NCBI GenBank assembly: GCA_963843975.1
Contig: CAWJMG010000003.1
Span: 90,001-122,000, forward strand
DNA length: 32,000 bases
Direction: 5' to 3'
Source: an uncultured Actinomycetes bacterium
GTDB lineage: Bacteria > Actinomycetota > Actinomycetes > S36-B12 > CAIYMF01
This document shows, piece by piece, positions 19,100 to 27,372 of the stretch. Below the pieces are notes generated by a model that did no database searches, had not been told where the DNA came from, and saw only the letters and a program-made list of their open reading frames with translations. Position 1 is the first letter of the stretch. Each line of letters starts with the position of its first letter. The translations under genes and the position numbers were made by a program.

Positions 19100-19762
19100 T
19101 CAGCGTGCCGTGATGGCGGCGGTGACGGCGGCGACGCTGTGGTCGCGGTGCTCGGCCTGGACGGCGACGGCGGTCTCGGCGTCGCGGCGGGCCACGGCGT
19201 CGACGAGGGCTCCGTGCTCGTGGTGCACGCGCTCGCGGTTGGCCTCGCCGGCGAAGTAGACCGAGCGGTAGACGTCGGTCGCGTCCCAGAGCTGGCGCAA
19301 GGTGCGCGCAAGGCGCGGCATCCCGGCGGCGTCGAACAGCAGGAAGTGCAGGCGGCGGTTGGCCGCGGTGATCTCCGCGACGTCGTCGGCACGGCCCGCG
19401 GCGTCGACCTCGGCGGCTGCGGAACGCATCGCCGCCACAAGGTCGTCGGTCACGTGCAGCACGGCCGCCCGGATCGCCTCGGCCTCGAGCAGCTCGCGCA
19501 TGCGGTAGACCTCGACGAGGTCGTCGACTGAGAGCTCGGCGACGACGTAGCCGCGGTGCGCGGCGTACCCGACCTGGCCCTCGCCCTCGAGCACCTTGAG
19601 CGCCTCGCGCAACGGCACCCGCGACACCCCGAGCCGTTCGGCGAGCGCCTCCTGCCGGATCGGCGTGCCGGGTGCGAGCTCGCCGGTCACCATCATGCGG
19701 CGCAGCTCGGCAAGCACGGCCTCCTGCGCGGTCGGCGGCTTCTCGAACGGTGCGGCCGTCAT
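19100..19762 (-). CDS. GntR family transcriptional regulator (FadR/FCD subfamily)
   Basis: N-terminal wHTH LRRMMVTGELAPGTPIRQEALAERLGVSRVPLREALKVLEGEGQV, plus a helical FCD-like C-terminal domain. The ATG overlaps the upstream stop (ATGA). Confidence 0.85.
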   Translation of the reverse strand: MTAAPFEKPPTAQEAVLAELRRMMVTGELAPGTPIRQEALAERLGVSRVPLREALKVLEGEGQVGYAAHRGYVVAELSVDDLVEVYRMRELLEAEAIRAAVLHVTDDLVAAMRSAAAEVDAAGRADDVAEITAANRRLHFLLFDAAGMPRLARTLRQLWDATDVYRSVYFAGEANRERVHHEHGALVDAVARRDAETAVAVQAEHRDHSVAAVTAAITAR

Positions 19763-20868
19763 GATCCCGGCCCTGGCAGGGACGGCGGGGGGGTGCGGTA
19801 CGACGGCGGCGTCGCCGACATCCGCAGCGGGTTCGCGACCTGCGGCACGGGACTACCGGGTACGGCGACGACGGGGTCGAGGCCGAGCGAGGTCGCGAGG
19901 TCGAACGCCCCGGAGACGTCGTTGATCGGGCCGCACGGCACCCCAGAGGCAGTGAGCCCGGCGTACCAGTGGTCGGCGCCGTGCGATCCGAGGGCGGACT
20001 CGAGCGCCACGCGCAGCTCGCCGCGGTGGGCGACCCGTGCCGGATTCGTCGCGAAGCGGTCGTCGACGGCGAGGTCGACCCCGAGCACGTGGCACAGTGC
20101 GCGGAACTGGCCGTCGTTGCCGACGGCCAGCACCAGCGGGCGGTCGGCCGTGGCGTAGACGCCGTAGGGCGTGATCGACGGGTGGTCGTTCCCGAGGATG
20201 CCGGGCACGACACCGCCCGCGACGTACGCCGATGCCTGGTTGACCAGGGCCGAGAGCAGCGACGACAGCAGGTTGACCTCGACGTGCTGGCCCTCGCCGG
20301 TCGTGTCGCGGTGCCGGAGCGCAGCGAGGATGCCGTAGACGGCGTGCAGCCCGGTGATCACGTCGACGAGCGCGACGCCCACCTTGGTCGGGTGGCCGGC
20401 CTCGGGCCCGGTCACCGACATCAGTCCGCCCATCGCCTGCACGAGCAGGTCGTAGCCGGGCAGGGACGCACCCTCGCCCGAGCCGAAGCCGCTGATCGAG
20501 CACACGACGACGCCGGGGTTGTCCGTGGAGAGGGCGGCGTAGCCGAGGCCCATCTTGTCCATCGTGCCGGGCTTGAAGTTCTCGACGACGACGTCGGCAC
20601 GCAGCGCGAGCGCACGCGCCTCGGCGAGACCCTCAGGCGACGACAGGTCGAGGAACAGCGACTCCTTGTTGCGGTTCACGCCGGCGAAGTACGTCGCCGT
20701 GCCGTCCACCGCGTACGGCGGACCCCAGTGGCGGGTGTCGTCGCCGGCACCCGGCCGCTCGACCTTGACCACCTCCGCGCCGAGGTCGGCGAGCAGCATC
20801 GTTGCGTACGGCCCCGCGAGCACCCGCGAGAAGTCGGCGACGACGACGCCGTCGAGCGCGCCGGTCAT
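19759..20868 (-). CDS. CaiB/BaiF family III CoA-transferase
   Basis: LDGVVVADFSRVLAGPYATMLLADLGAEVVKVERPGAGDDTRHWGPP and VVENFKPGTMDKMGLGY are family III motifs. The ATG at 20868 overlaps the ACAD stop (ATGA). The 517-aa ORF in the track is an upstream out-of-gene extension. Confidence 0.85.
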   Translation of the reverse strand: MTGALDGVVVADFSRVLAGPYATMLLADLGAEVVKVERPGAGDDTRHWGPPYAVDGTATYFAGVNRNKESLFLDLSSPEGLAEARALALRADVVVENFKPGTMDKMGLGYAALSTDNPGVVVCSISGFGSGEGASLPGYDLLVQAMGGLMSVTGPEAGHPTKVGVALVDVITGLHAVYGILAALRHRDTTGEGQHVEVNLLSSLLSALVNQASAYVAGGVVPGILGNDHPSITPYGVYATADRPLVLAVGNDGQFRALCHVLGVDLAVDDRFATNPARVAHRGELRVALESALGSHGADHWYAGLTASGVPCGPINDVSGAFDLATSLGLDPVVAVPGSPVPQVANPLRMSATPPSYRTPPPSLPGPGS

Positions 20869-22044
20869 CCGCGGTAGGCGGCGAGACCGGTGAGCGCCTC
20901 GCCGACGACGAGGGTGTGCATCTCGTTCGTGCCCTCGTACGTGAACACCGACTCGAGGTTGTTCATGTGCCGGATGATCGGGTACTCCAGCGTGATGCCG
21001 TTGCCGCCGAGGATCGAGCGGCACTCGCGGGCGATGGCGAGGGCCTCGCGCGCGTTGTTGAGCTTGCCGACGCTGATCTGCTCGGGGCGGATCACGTGCT
21101 TGTCCTTGAGCCGGCCGAGGTGCAGCGCCAGGAGGTAGCCCTTGTCGAGCTCGAGCGCCATGTCGGCGAGCTTCTTCTGCGTGAGCTGGAAGCCGGCGAT
21201 CGGGCGGTCGAACTGCTCGCGGTCGATCGAGTACGAGATCGCGGTCTCGAGGCAGTCGCGCGCGGCGCCGATCGTCCCGAACGCGATGCCGAAGCGGGCC
21301 TCGTTGAGGCACGACAGCGGGCCGCGCAGGCCCTTCACGTCAGGGAGCACGGCGCTGGCGGGGAGACGCACGTCCTCGAGGATGAGCTCCGCGGTGACCG
21401 AGGCGCGCAGGGACAGCTTCTTGTGGATCTCGCGCGCGGTGAAGCCGGGGGTCGAGGTCGGCACCACGAAACCGCGGATGCCGTCGTCGGTCTGGGCCCA
21501 CACGACTGCGACGTCGGCCACGGTGCCGTTGGTGATCCACATCTTGGTGCCGTTGAGGATCCAGTCGTCGCCGTCGCGCTTGGCGGCGGTGCGCATGCCG
21601 CTCGGGTTGGAGCCGAAGTCGGGCTCGGTCAGGCCGAAGCAGCCGATCGCGTCGCCGGCGGCCATGCGGGGGAGCCACTCCTGTCTTCTGCTCCTCCGAC
21701 CCGAACGCGTGGATCGCGTACATGGCGAGCGACCCCTGCACGCTCACCAGCGAGCGGATGCCCGAGTCGCCGGCCTCGAGCTCGAGGCACGCGAGGCCGT
21801 ACGCCGTGGCGCTGGTGCCGGCGCAGCCGTAGCCCTCGAGGTGCATGCCGAGCAGGCCGAGCGCGCCCATCTCCTGCGCGAGCTCCTTCGCCGGGATCGA
21901 GCCCGACTCGAACCAGTCGCCCACCTCGGGCTTGATGCGGTCGTCGACGTACTGGCGCACGACGTCGCGGATCGCGCGCTCCTCGTCGTCGATCAGGGTG
22001 TCGAGGTCGAGGAGGGCGAAGGGGTGCTGCGGTGCTCGGGACAC
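20865..22044 (-). pseudogene. gcdH: acyl-CoA dehydrogenase, glutaryl-CoA dehydrogenase-like, frame broken by one extra base at about 21684
   Basis: The N-terminal part (GTG at 22044, AGGAG 5 nt upstream) reads ...GSLAMYAIHAFGSEEQK. The C-terminal part continues one frame over as [32 protein letters not shown]...YEGTNEMHTLVVGEALTG. Removing T 21684 gives about 392 aa. Confidence 0.8.
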
Positions 22045-22089
22045 GGGGGCTCCTGGTGGCGGTGGCGGCGTCGTGGAGAATCGTAGCAG

Positions 22090-22101
22090 ATTGGATCCAA
22101 T
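22090..22101. promoter_or_regulatory. perfect 12-bp palindrome ATTGGATCCAAT, candidate operator in the ACAD/DM13 divergent region
   Basis: An exact reverse-complement palindrome in the only AT-rich patch of this intergenic region, 46 nt upstream of the ACAD GTG. On the minus strand it lies between a GTGAAT (-35-like) and a TACGAT (-10-like) separated by 16 nt. Confidence 0.45.
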
Positions 22102-22179
22102 ATTCACGAGGCCTTACCGGGTGGTGACGCCGGGCCTCCTGCCCTGGCGGTACGCCGGTGCTGGGGGTGTCCTGGGGTC

Positions 22180-22794
22180 ATGACCGATCCCGCTGCCCCC
22201 GTCGCGCCCGCCCGACCGCGCTGGCGGCGACCGGCCGTCCTGCTTCCCCTCGCGGCCGTCGGCGTGGCGGGGGCCGCGGTGCTGCTCGCGGTGTTCCAGC
22301 CCTGGAAGCTCGTGCTCGACGACGTCGTGGACGAGGCGCTGCCCGGTGCGGTGGCGACGGCTCCGGCGTCGGTGACGCCGACGGACGAGCCCGGCGCGCC
22401 GTCCCAGCCCGCGGCGCCCAGCCCGACCGCCGTCGCCGGGCCCGTCGAGATCGCACGCGGCATGTTCGTGACCCACGAGCACGAGACCACCGGTTCCGTG
22501 CGCCTGCTCACCCTCGCGGACGGAACCCGGGTGCTGCGGATCGAGGACCTCGACACCTCGAACGGTCCCGACCTGCGCGTGTGGCTGTCGGACCAGCCGG
22601 TGCTCGACGGTCGCGACGGGTGGTTCGTGTTCGACGACGGCGACTACCTCGAGCTCGGCCGGCTCAAGGGCAACCGCGGGAGCCAGAACTACGTCGTGCC
22701 GCCAGGGACGGACCTCGAGTCGCTCTCGAGCGTGAGCATCTGGTGCGCCCGGTTCTCGGTCTCGTTCGGGGCGGCCGAGCTGCGCGCGGCCTGA
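22180..22794 (+). CDS. DM13 domain-containing protein with an N-terminal membrane anchor
   Basis: The hydrophobic segment AVLLPLAAVGVAGAAVLLAVF is followed by HETTGSVRLLTLADGTRVLRIEDLDTSNGPDLRVWLS...SVSIWCARFSVSFGAAEL, a DM13-like pattern recalled from memory. Confidence 0.65.
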   Translation: MTDPAAPVAPARPRWRRPAVLLPLAAVGVAGAAVLLAVFQPWKLVLDDVVDEALPGAVATAPASVTPTDEPGAPSQPAAPSPTAVAGPVEIARGMFVTHEHETTGSVRLLTLADGTRVLRIEDLDTSNGPDLRVWLSDQPVLDGRDGWFVFDDGDYLELGRLKGNRGSQNYVVPPGTDLESLSSVSIWCARFSVSFGAAELRAA

Positions 22795-22797
22795 CAG

Positions 22798-23574
22798 CTA
22801 GTCGCGCGACGCGGGGCTGAAGCGCTCGCGCAGGTCGTGCACGAGACGCTGGCTCCGGTTGTCGGCGAAGCGCGCCTGGGCGCGGGCCATCTTCTTCGGG
22901 CCGTACCAGCGCCTGGCCCAGAAGGACGTCGGCTTGGCGAGCCGGATCGCGCCCACATAGGCGAAGAACGGCACCGGCAGACCGATGAGCCCGGTGACGG
23001 GCTTGCCCTTGAGCATGGTGAGGATGCACAGGCCGATGTGGCCGACGAGGAACACGACCGTGAAGAGGAAGCCCTGCTCCTGCGCCGCGGTCAGGTCTCC
23101 GACCGGGGAGACGCCGACGAGCAGCGCGGCGCCCACGACCACGGCGATGAGCACCGCGTCGATGGACTTCTGCCCCTCCTCGGACCAGTAGACGTCCTCG
23201 AGGTGGAGCCACAGCGCGAACTCGTCCAGGGCCAGCGCTGCGCCGATGCCGAACAGCGCGCCGAGGATCTCGGCCCACGGGGACCCTGGCCGGTACCGGA
23301 ATTCGACGAGGCCCACCACGAGGACGAGCAGGATGCCCCACACCTGATGGTGCACGTGCACGCCGCCGATGTGGATGTCGTTGATGAGCCCCTTCTTCTC
23401 GGGCTCGGCCGTCTCGACGACAGGCGCGGGGTTCGCAGCCTCGGCGGCGTTGCGTGCGCGGATCTTCAGCGTGACGCTGCGCGTGATCGCGAAGGTCACG
23501 AGGAAGCCGATGATCAGCCACAGGGCGGCTGATCGCCCGGTGTCGACGAAGTAGGTCTGGTACCAGGTCAGCAC
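22798..23574 (-). CDS. integral membrane protein, function unknown
   Basis: 258 aa with several hydrophobic helices (ALWLIIGFLVTFAI, VWGILLVLVVGLV, LGALFGIGAALAL, AVLIAVVVGAALLV, FLFTVVFLVGHIGLCIL). GTG start. Convergent with DM13, with a 3-nt gap. Confidence 0.6.
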   Translation of the reverse strand: MLTWYQTYFVDTGRSAALWLIIGFLVTFAITRSVTLKIRARNAAEAANPAPVVETAEPEKKGLINDIHIGGVHVHHQVWGILLVLVVGLVEFRYRPGSPWAEILGALFGIGAALALDEFALWLHLEDVYWSEEGQKSIDAVLIAVVVGAALLVGVSPVGDLTAAQEQGFLFTVVFLVGHIGLCILTMLKGKPVTGLIGLPVPFFAYVGAIRLAKPTSFWARRWYGPKKMARAQARFADNRSQRLVHDLRERFSPASRD

Positions 23575-23688
23575 GTGCCGACCGTAGCGATCGGGGGACG
23601 GCGGGGCAGGCGGATCAGGCGTACAGGGACCGTCCGTGAAACCGTAACGCGCCGGGGGTGATCGGCCATCAGCCGTGCGTGACGGCGG

Positions 23689-24126
23689 TCAGCCGCCGAG
23701 CTCGGTCAGCACCTTCGCGACGCGCCTCTCGCGGGTCTCGGCGGTCTTCGCCCCCTCGACCGAGAGCACGTGGCGCTTCTTGTTCGAGTTCGACAGCGCC
23801 TCGAACGCCTTCTTCGCCGCAGGCGCCTTCTTCAGCGCCGCGGCCAGGTCGTCGGGCACGGCGATCTCGCGCGTGGACGTGTCGAGCACGACGTCGACGT
23901 CGACGACGTCACCCGCCGAGACACCGGCGCCCGCGCGGATCTCGGCGCTGACCGGCAGCAGGAAGCGACCGCCCATCGCCGCGATCGTGCTGGGGTACGA
24001 GAAGCCGTTGATGGTGACGGTGACCGCGGGCTTCTTGCCCGAGCCGAGCCCCTCGACCACCTCGGGGGGCACGACGATGCCCGTTGCGGTCTTGCCGTGC
24101 AGGTCGACAGATGCGCGGAACTTCAT
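23689..24126 (-). CDS. DUF1905 / YdeI-like domain protein
   Basis: MKFRASVDLHGKTATGIVVPPEVVEGLGSGKKPAVTVTINGFSYPSTIAAMGGRFLLPV resembles DUF1905. The C-terminal KKRHVLSVEGAKTAETRERR resembles the YdeI tail. The ATG at 24126 is preferred over the upstream alternative at 24141. Confidence 0.65.
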   Translation of the reverse strand: MKFRASVDLHGKTATGIVVPPEVVEGLGSGKKPAVTVTINGFSYPSTIAAMGGRFLLPVSAEIRAGAGVSAGDVVDVDVVLDTSTREIAVPDDLAAALKKAPAAKKAFEALSNSNKKRHVLSVEGAKTAETRERRVAKVLTELGG

Positions 24127-24175
24127 GCGTTGATCCAACACCAGCGAGTGCCGCGCTGCTTCTCGATCCGTGCTG

Positions 24176-24769
24176 TCATCCCGCGGCGTCGTACGCGGCC
24201 TTCAGCCACCGCTTCAGCTCCGCGTCGACATCCGTCGCGGCGCCGATGCGCAGGGTGTAGGGGCACATGCTCCCGGTCGGCATCGCCTTGAGCCGAGGGC
24301 TGTCGGGCAGGCTCTTCGCGTTGAGCCCGATCTCGACGAGGTCCTTGGTGGCGGGGCCCACCGTTGCGAACTGCTTGGACCTGCGCAGGCTGACGTACGC
24401 CTTCTTCGGCGCCTGCTCGTAGTCGCCCAGCGCGTCGACCGCCGCGATCACGGCGTCGTGCACCGGGCGCAGGTGCGCCTTGGTCCCGGTGTAGATCGCG
24501 TCGAGCGGATCGCCCGCGGGTGCGGCCGGAGCGACGACGTCGCCGGTGAGCGCGGAGAGGTCCTTCCCCTGGGCGCCGACCACGGCGTTGGCATCGCCGT
24601 ACCCGAGTCCGAGGGTGTCGATCAGCCACGTGCGCTTCTCGCCGTGCTTGATGAGCCCCGTGCCGTCGAGCAGCGCGTGGAGCTCACCGATCGATGTGCC
24701 CGTCCTGCCCTGGATGTTGCGCAGCTGGTTCAGGCTCGCTTCCGTGGGATCAGCCATCGAGGCCTCCAT
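24176..24769 (-). CDS. DUF4287 plus DUF5655 domain protein
   Basis: The N-terminus IQGRTGTSIGELHALLDGTGLIKHGEKRTWLIDTLGLGYGDANAVV is DUF4287-like. The C-terminus KKAYVSLRRSKQFATVGPATKDLVEIGL is DUF5655-like. The start may instead be the second ATG, 12 nt downstream. Confidence 0.6.
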   Translation of the reverse strand: MEASMADPTEASLNQLRNIQGRTGTSIGELHALLDGTGLIKHGEKRTWLIDTLGLGYGDANAVVGAQGKDLSALTGDVVAPAAPAGDPLDAIYTGTKAHLRPVHDAVIAAVDALGDYEQAPKKAYVSLRRSKQFATVGPATKDLVEIGLNAKSLPDSPRLKAMPTGSMCPYTLRIGAATDVDAELKRWLKAAYDAAG

Positions 24770-24847
24770 GACGCGCCGGTGAAGAGCCCCAGTGAACCCT
24801 TCTCGCCCGGCCCTGTCAGTCCGATTCCACGGTTCGGGACCGGGTCG

Positions 24848-25213
24848 TCACCCCGCGACGACGTAGAGCTTGCGGACGGTCTCGAGCACGTCCCAGCGGC
24901 CGCTCCAGCCCTTGGGCAGCACGAAGACGTCGCCCTCGCCGAGCTCGACCGGCTCGCCGTCGAGCGGCGTGATCCGCGCGACGCCGCCGAGCAGCATCAT
25001 CGTCTCGGTGTCGGCCCGGTCGGTGATCGACCAGCCGCCCGGTGTGCACTCCCAGACGCCGACGCTGACGCCGTGGCCCTCGAAGAACGTGATGCCGCTG
25101 GTCTGGGGGTCGCCGCTGTCGGCGCCGGCACGCGGCCCGGTGGGCTCTAGCTCGCCGTCGAGGACGTCGCCGTACGCCACCACCATCGTGCGCAGCAGGT
25201 CCTGGTCGCTCAT
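24848..25213 (-). CDS. cupin domain protein (DUF861/cupin_3-like)
   Basis: GVWECTPGGWSITDRADTETMMLLGGVARITPLDGEPVELGEGDVFVLPKGWSGRWDV matches the small-cupin pattern. GGAAGGA lies upstream of the ATG at 25213, 16 nt after the oxidoreductase stop. Confidence 0.7.
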   Translation of the reverse strand: MSDQDLLRTMVVAYGDVLDGELEPTGPRAGADSGDPQTSGITFFEGHGVSVGVWECTPGGWSITDRADTETMMLLGGVARITPLDGEPVELGEGDVFVLPKGWSGRWDVLETVRKLYVVAG

Positions 25214-25229
25214 GGTGCGGTCCTTCCGG

Positions 25230-26627
25230 TCAGTGCCCGCCGAGGAGCGGGGCAAGGATCTCGGCGCGCTTCGCCGGCTTGCCGGTGCGGGCCTCGACGC
25301 CGTCGGCCGATCCCATCACGCGCAGGCCGAGGTTGACGCCCAGCCAGCGGAACGGCTCGGGCTCCCAGCGTCGCGTGCGGCGGTTGACCCAGGGCAGTGC
25401 GGTGCGGTCGGTGGCCTCGCCGCGCAGCAGGTCGGCCAGGGTGCGGCCCGCCAGGTTGCTCGACGCGACGCCGTCGCCGACGTAGCCACCGGCGGAGCCG
25501 AGCCCCGTCGCCGGGTCGAACCGGACCGTCGGGAACCAGTCGCGCGGGATGCCGAGCGGCCCGCCCCAGCGGTGCGTGACCGCGTGGCCGGCGAGCGCGG
25601 GGAAGAGGTCGCGCAGCACGCGCCACAGCTCGTCGTACACCGCGGGGTCGCGGTCGAACTCGGGCTTGATGCTCGACCCGAAGTGGTACGGCGCTCCACG
25701 GCCGCCGAACGCGAAGCGGTCGTCGGACGTGCGCTGGCCGTAGATGATCAGGTGGCGGTGGTCGTTGAACGTCTCGCCGCGGCGCAGGCCGACCTCCGAC
25801 CAGAACTCCGCCGGCAGCGGCTCGGTGGCGAGCATCAGCGAGTAGACCGGCGCGATGTCGCGCTCGGAGCCCGGCAGCTGCGACGTCCACGCCTCGGTGG
25901 CGCGCACGATCCGCGGCGCGCGCACGTCGCCGAGCTCGGTGCGGACGACGCCTTCCTCGATGGCGGTGACGCGCGTGCCCTCGTGGATCGTGACGCCGAG
26001 CCGCTCGACCGCCAGGGCGAGACCGCGCACGAGACGTGCGGGGTGGATCGAGGCGCAGTGGGGAGTGCTCGTGGCGCCGAGCACGTCGGTCGCCTCGAGC
26101 ACGGCCGTGGCCTCGTCGGCCGACATCAGCCGGAAGTCGTCCTCGCCGAAGCCCCACGCGCGGGCGTCGTCGATCTCGGCCTTCGCGCGCTCGAGCTGCA
26201 GCGGCGTCCGCGCCAGGGTGACGACCCCGCCCTTGCGGTAGTGGCAGTCGATGCCCTCGGCCACGGCGACCCGCCCGACCTCGTCGACCGTGTCGAACAT
26301 CGCCCGCTGCAGCGCGACCGCGGCCTCGCGCGACGACTCCGCGGCGACCTTCGACCACGAGGTGGGGAACAGCGCCGAGGCCCAGCCGCCGTTGCGGCCG
26401 CTGGCGCCGAAGCCGGCCACCTGCGCCTCGAGCACCACGATGCGCAGCGTCGGATCGGCCTTGGCCAGGTAGTACGCCGTCCAGAGCCCGGTGTAGCCGC
26501 CGCCGACGATCGCTACGTCGGCCTCGGTCGGACCGGCGAGGGGTGCGCGCTGCGAGCCGACGAGGTCGTCGGGCAGCGTGTCCCACCACAGCGACAGGTG
26601 TCGCAGCGTCGCGAGATCCAGGGTCAC
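25230..26627 (-). CDS. FAD-dependent oxidoreductase (DAO family, PuuB/OrdL-like)
   Basis: Dinucleotide fold ADVAIVGGGYTGLWTAYYLAK near the N-terminus, about 465 aa. The GTG at 26627 overlaps the upstream stop (GTGA). The 544-aa ORF in the track extends into the upstream gene. Confidence 0.8.
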   Translation of the reverse strand: MTLDLATLRHLSLWWDTLPDDLVGSQRAPLAGPTEADVAIVGGGYTGLWTAYYLAKADPTLRIVVLEAQVAGFGASGRNGGWASALFPTSWSKVAAESSREAAVALQRAMFDTVDEVGRVAVAEGIDCHYRKGGVVTLARTPLQLERAKAEIDDARAWGFGEDDFRLMSADEATAVLEATDVLGATSTPHCASIHPARLVRGLALAVERLGVTIHEGTRVTAIEEGVVRTELGDVRAPRIVRATEAWTSQLPGSERDIAPVYSLMLATEPLPAEFWSEVGLRRGETFNDHRHLIIYGQRTSDDRFAFGGRGAPYHFGSSIKPEFDRDPAVYDELWRVLRDLFPALAGHAVTHRWGGPLGIPRDWFPTVRFDPATGLGSAGGYVGDGVASSNLAGRTLADLLRGEATDRTALPWVNRRTRRWEPEPFRWLGVNLGLRVMGSADGVEARTGKPAKRAEILAPLLGGH

Positions 26628-27283
26628 CGGGTCCAGCCCTTCACGTAGTCGGGGACGTCGTAGGCCGCGCCGCGCTCGTCGGCCCTCGGCTCGCCGAACA
26701 CCTCGCGGATCGGGACGACCCCGCCCCACACCGGTCGGTCGACGTCCTGCGGGTCGTCGTCCGGGTCGCCCGCACTGATCTTCACACTGGCCTCGTCGAG
26801 CGGCAGCGCGAGCATGAGCGTGGCCGCGAGCTCCTTCTTGGACGGCTCGCGGATGTCGTCCCATCGACCGGGCAGCAGGTGGTCGGAGATGACCCGCAGC
26901 GACCGGTCCTTGTCGTCACCCTCGAGCACCGTGCAGGACCCGAGCACCATGGCGCCTCGGTAGTGCATCGAGCTCTCGAACGCCGACCGTGCGAGCACCA
27001 GGCCGTCGAGCAGGGTGACGGTGAGGCAGGTCGGCGCGCCGTCGGCCAGCCCGCGGAAGAGGCGGGACCCCGTGGAGCCGTGGAAGAGCACGCGGTCGCC
27101 GTCGCGCGCGTACGCGACGGGGACGACGTACGGCTGGCCGTCGTCGACCACGGCGACGTGCGCGACCAGGCCCGCGTCGAGGACCGCGTTCAGCACGTCG
27201 CGGTCGGCCACGGCCTTCTCGGGGATGCGGCGCACCCGCGTGCGCTCGGTCGAGCCGGGGGCGGGCAGGTCGTGCCTGGTCAC
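26624..27283 (-). CDS. pyridoxamine 5'-phosphate oxidase family (FMN-binding split-barrel) protein
   Basis: RIPEKAVADRDVLNAVLDAGLVAHVAVVDDGQPYVVPVAYARDGDRVLFHGSTGSR is a Pyridox_ox_2-like pattern. The GTG at 27283 has GAGGA upstream. Confidence 0.7.
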   Translation of the reverse strand: MTRHDLPAPGSTERTRVRRIPEKAVADRDVLNAVLDAGLVAHVAVVDDGQPYVVPVAYARDGDRVLFHGSTGSRLFRGLADGAPTCLTVTLLDGLVLARSAFESSMHYRGAMVLGSCTVLEGDDKDRSLRVISDHLLPGRWDDIREPSKKELAATLMLALPLDEASVKISAGDPDDDPQDVDRPVWGGVVPIREVFGEPRADERGAAYDVPDYVKGWTR

Positions 27284-27313
27284 GTGAGGTCCTCGCTGGC
27301 TGGGTCGGGATGC

Positions 27314-27362
27314 GCTGAAGGGTCCCTGCCTGCGTCTCGACGCACATCAGGGACCCTTCAGC
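27314..27362 (-). terminator. nested perfect stem-loop between the aminotransferase and the PNPOx-like gene (terminator or processing/stability element)
   Basis: Arms GCTGAAGGGTCCCTG / CAGGGACCCTTCAGC are a perfect 15 bp and enclose the inner hairpin TGCGTC-TC-GACGCA. It lies 11 nt after the aminotransferase stop and 31 nt before the next start. There is no U tract. Confidence 0.5.
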
Positions 27363-27372
27363 AGCAACGGTT

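Noticed and set aside
25230-26864. The 544-aa version of the FAD oxidoreductase starting at 26864.
   Set aside because: The extra 79 codons overlap the PNPOx-like gene in another frame and are Arg/Gly-rich. The GTG at 26627 gives the normal distance to the GGGYTG dinucleotide-binding motif and a GTGA coupling overlap.
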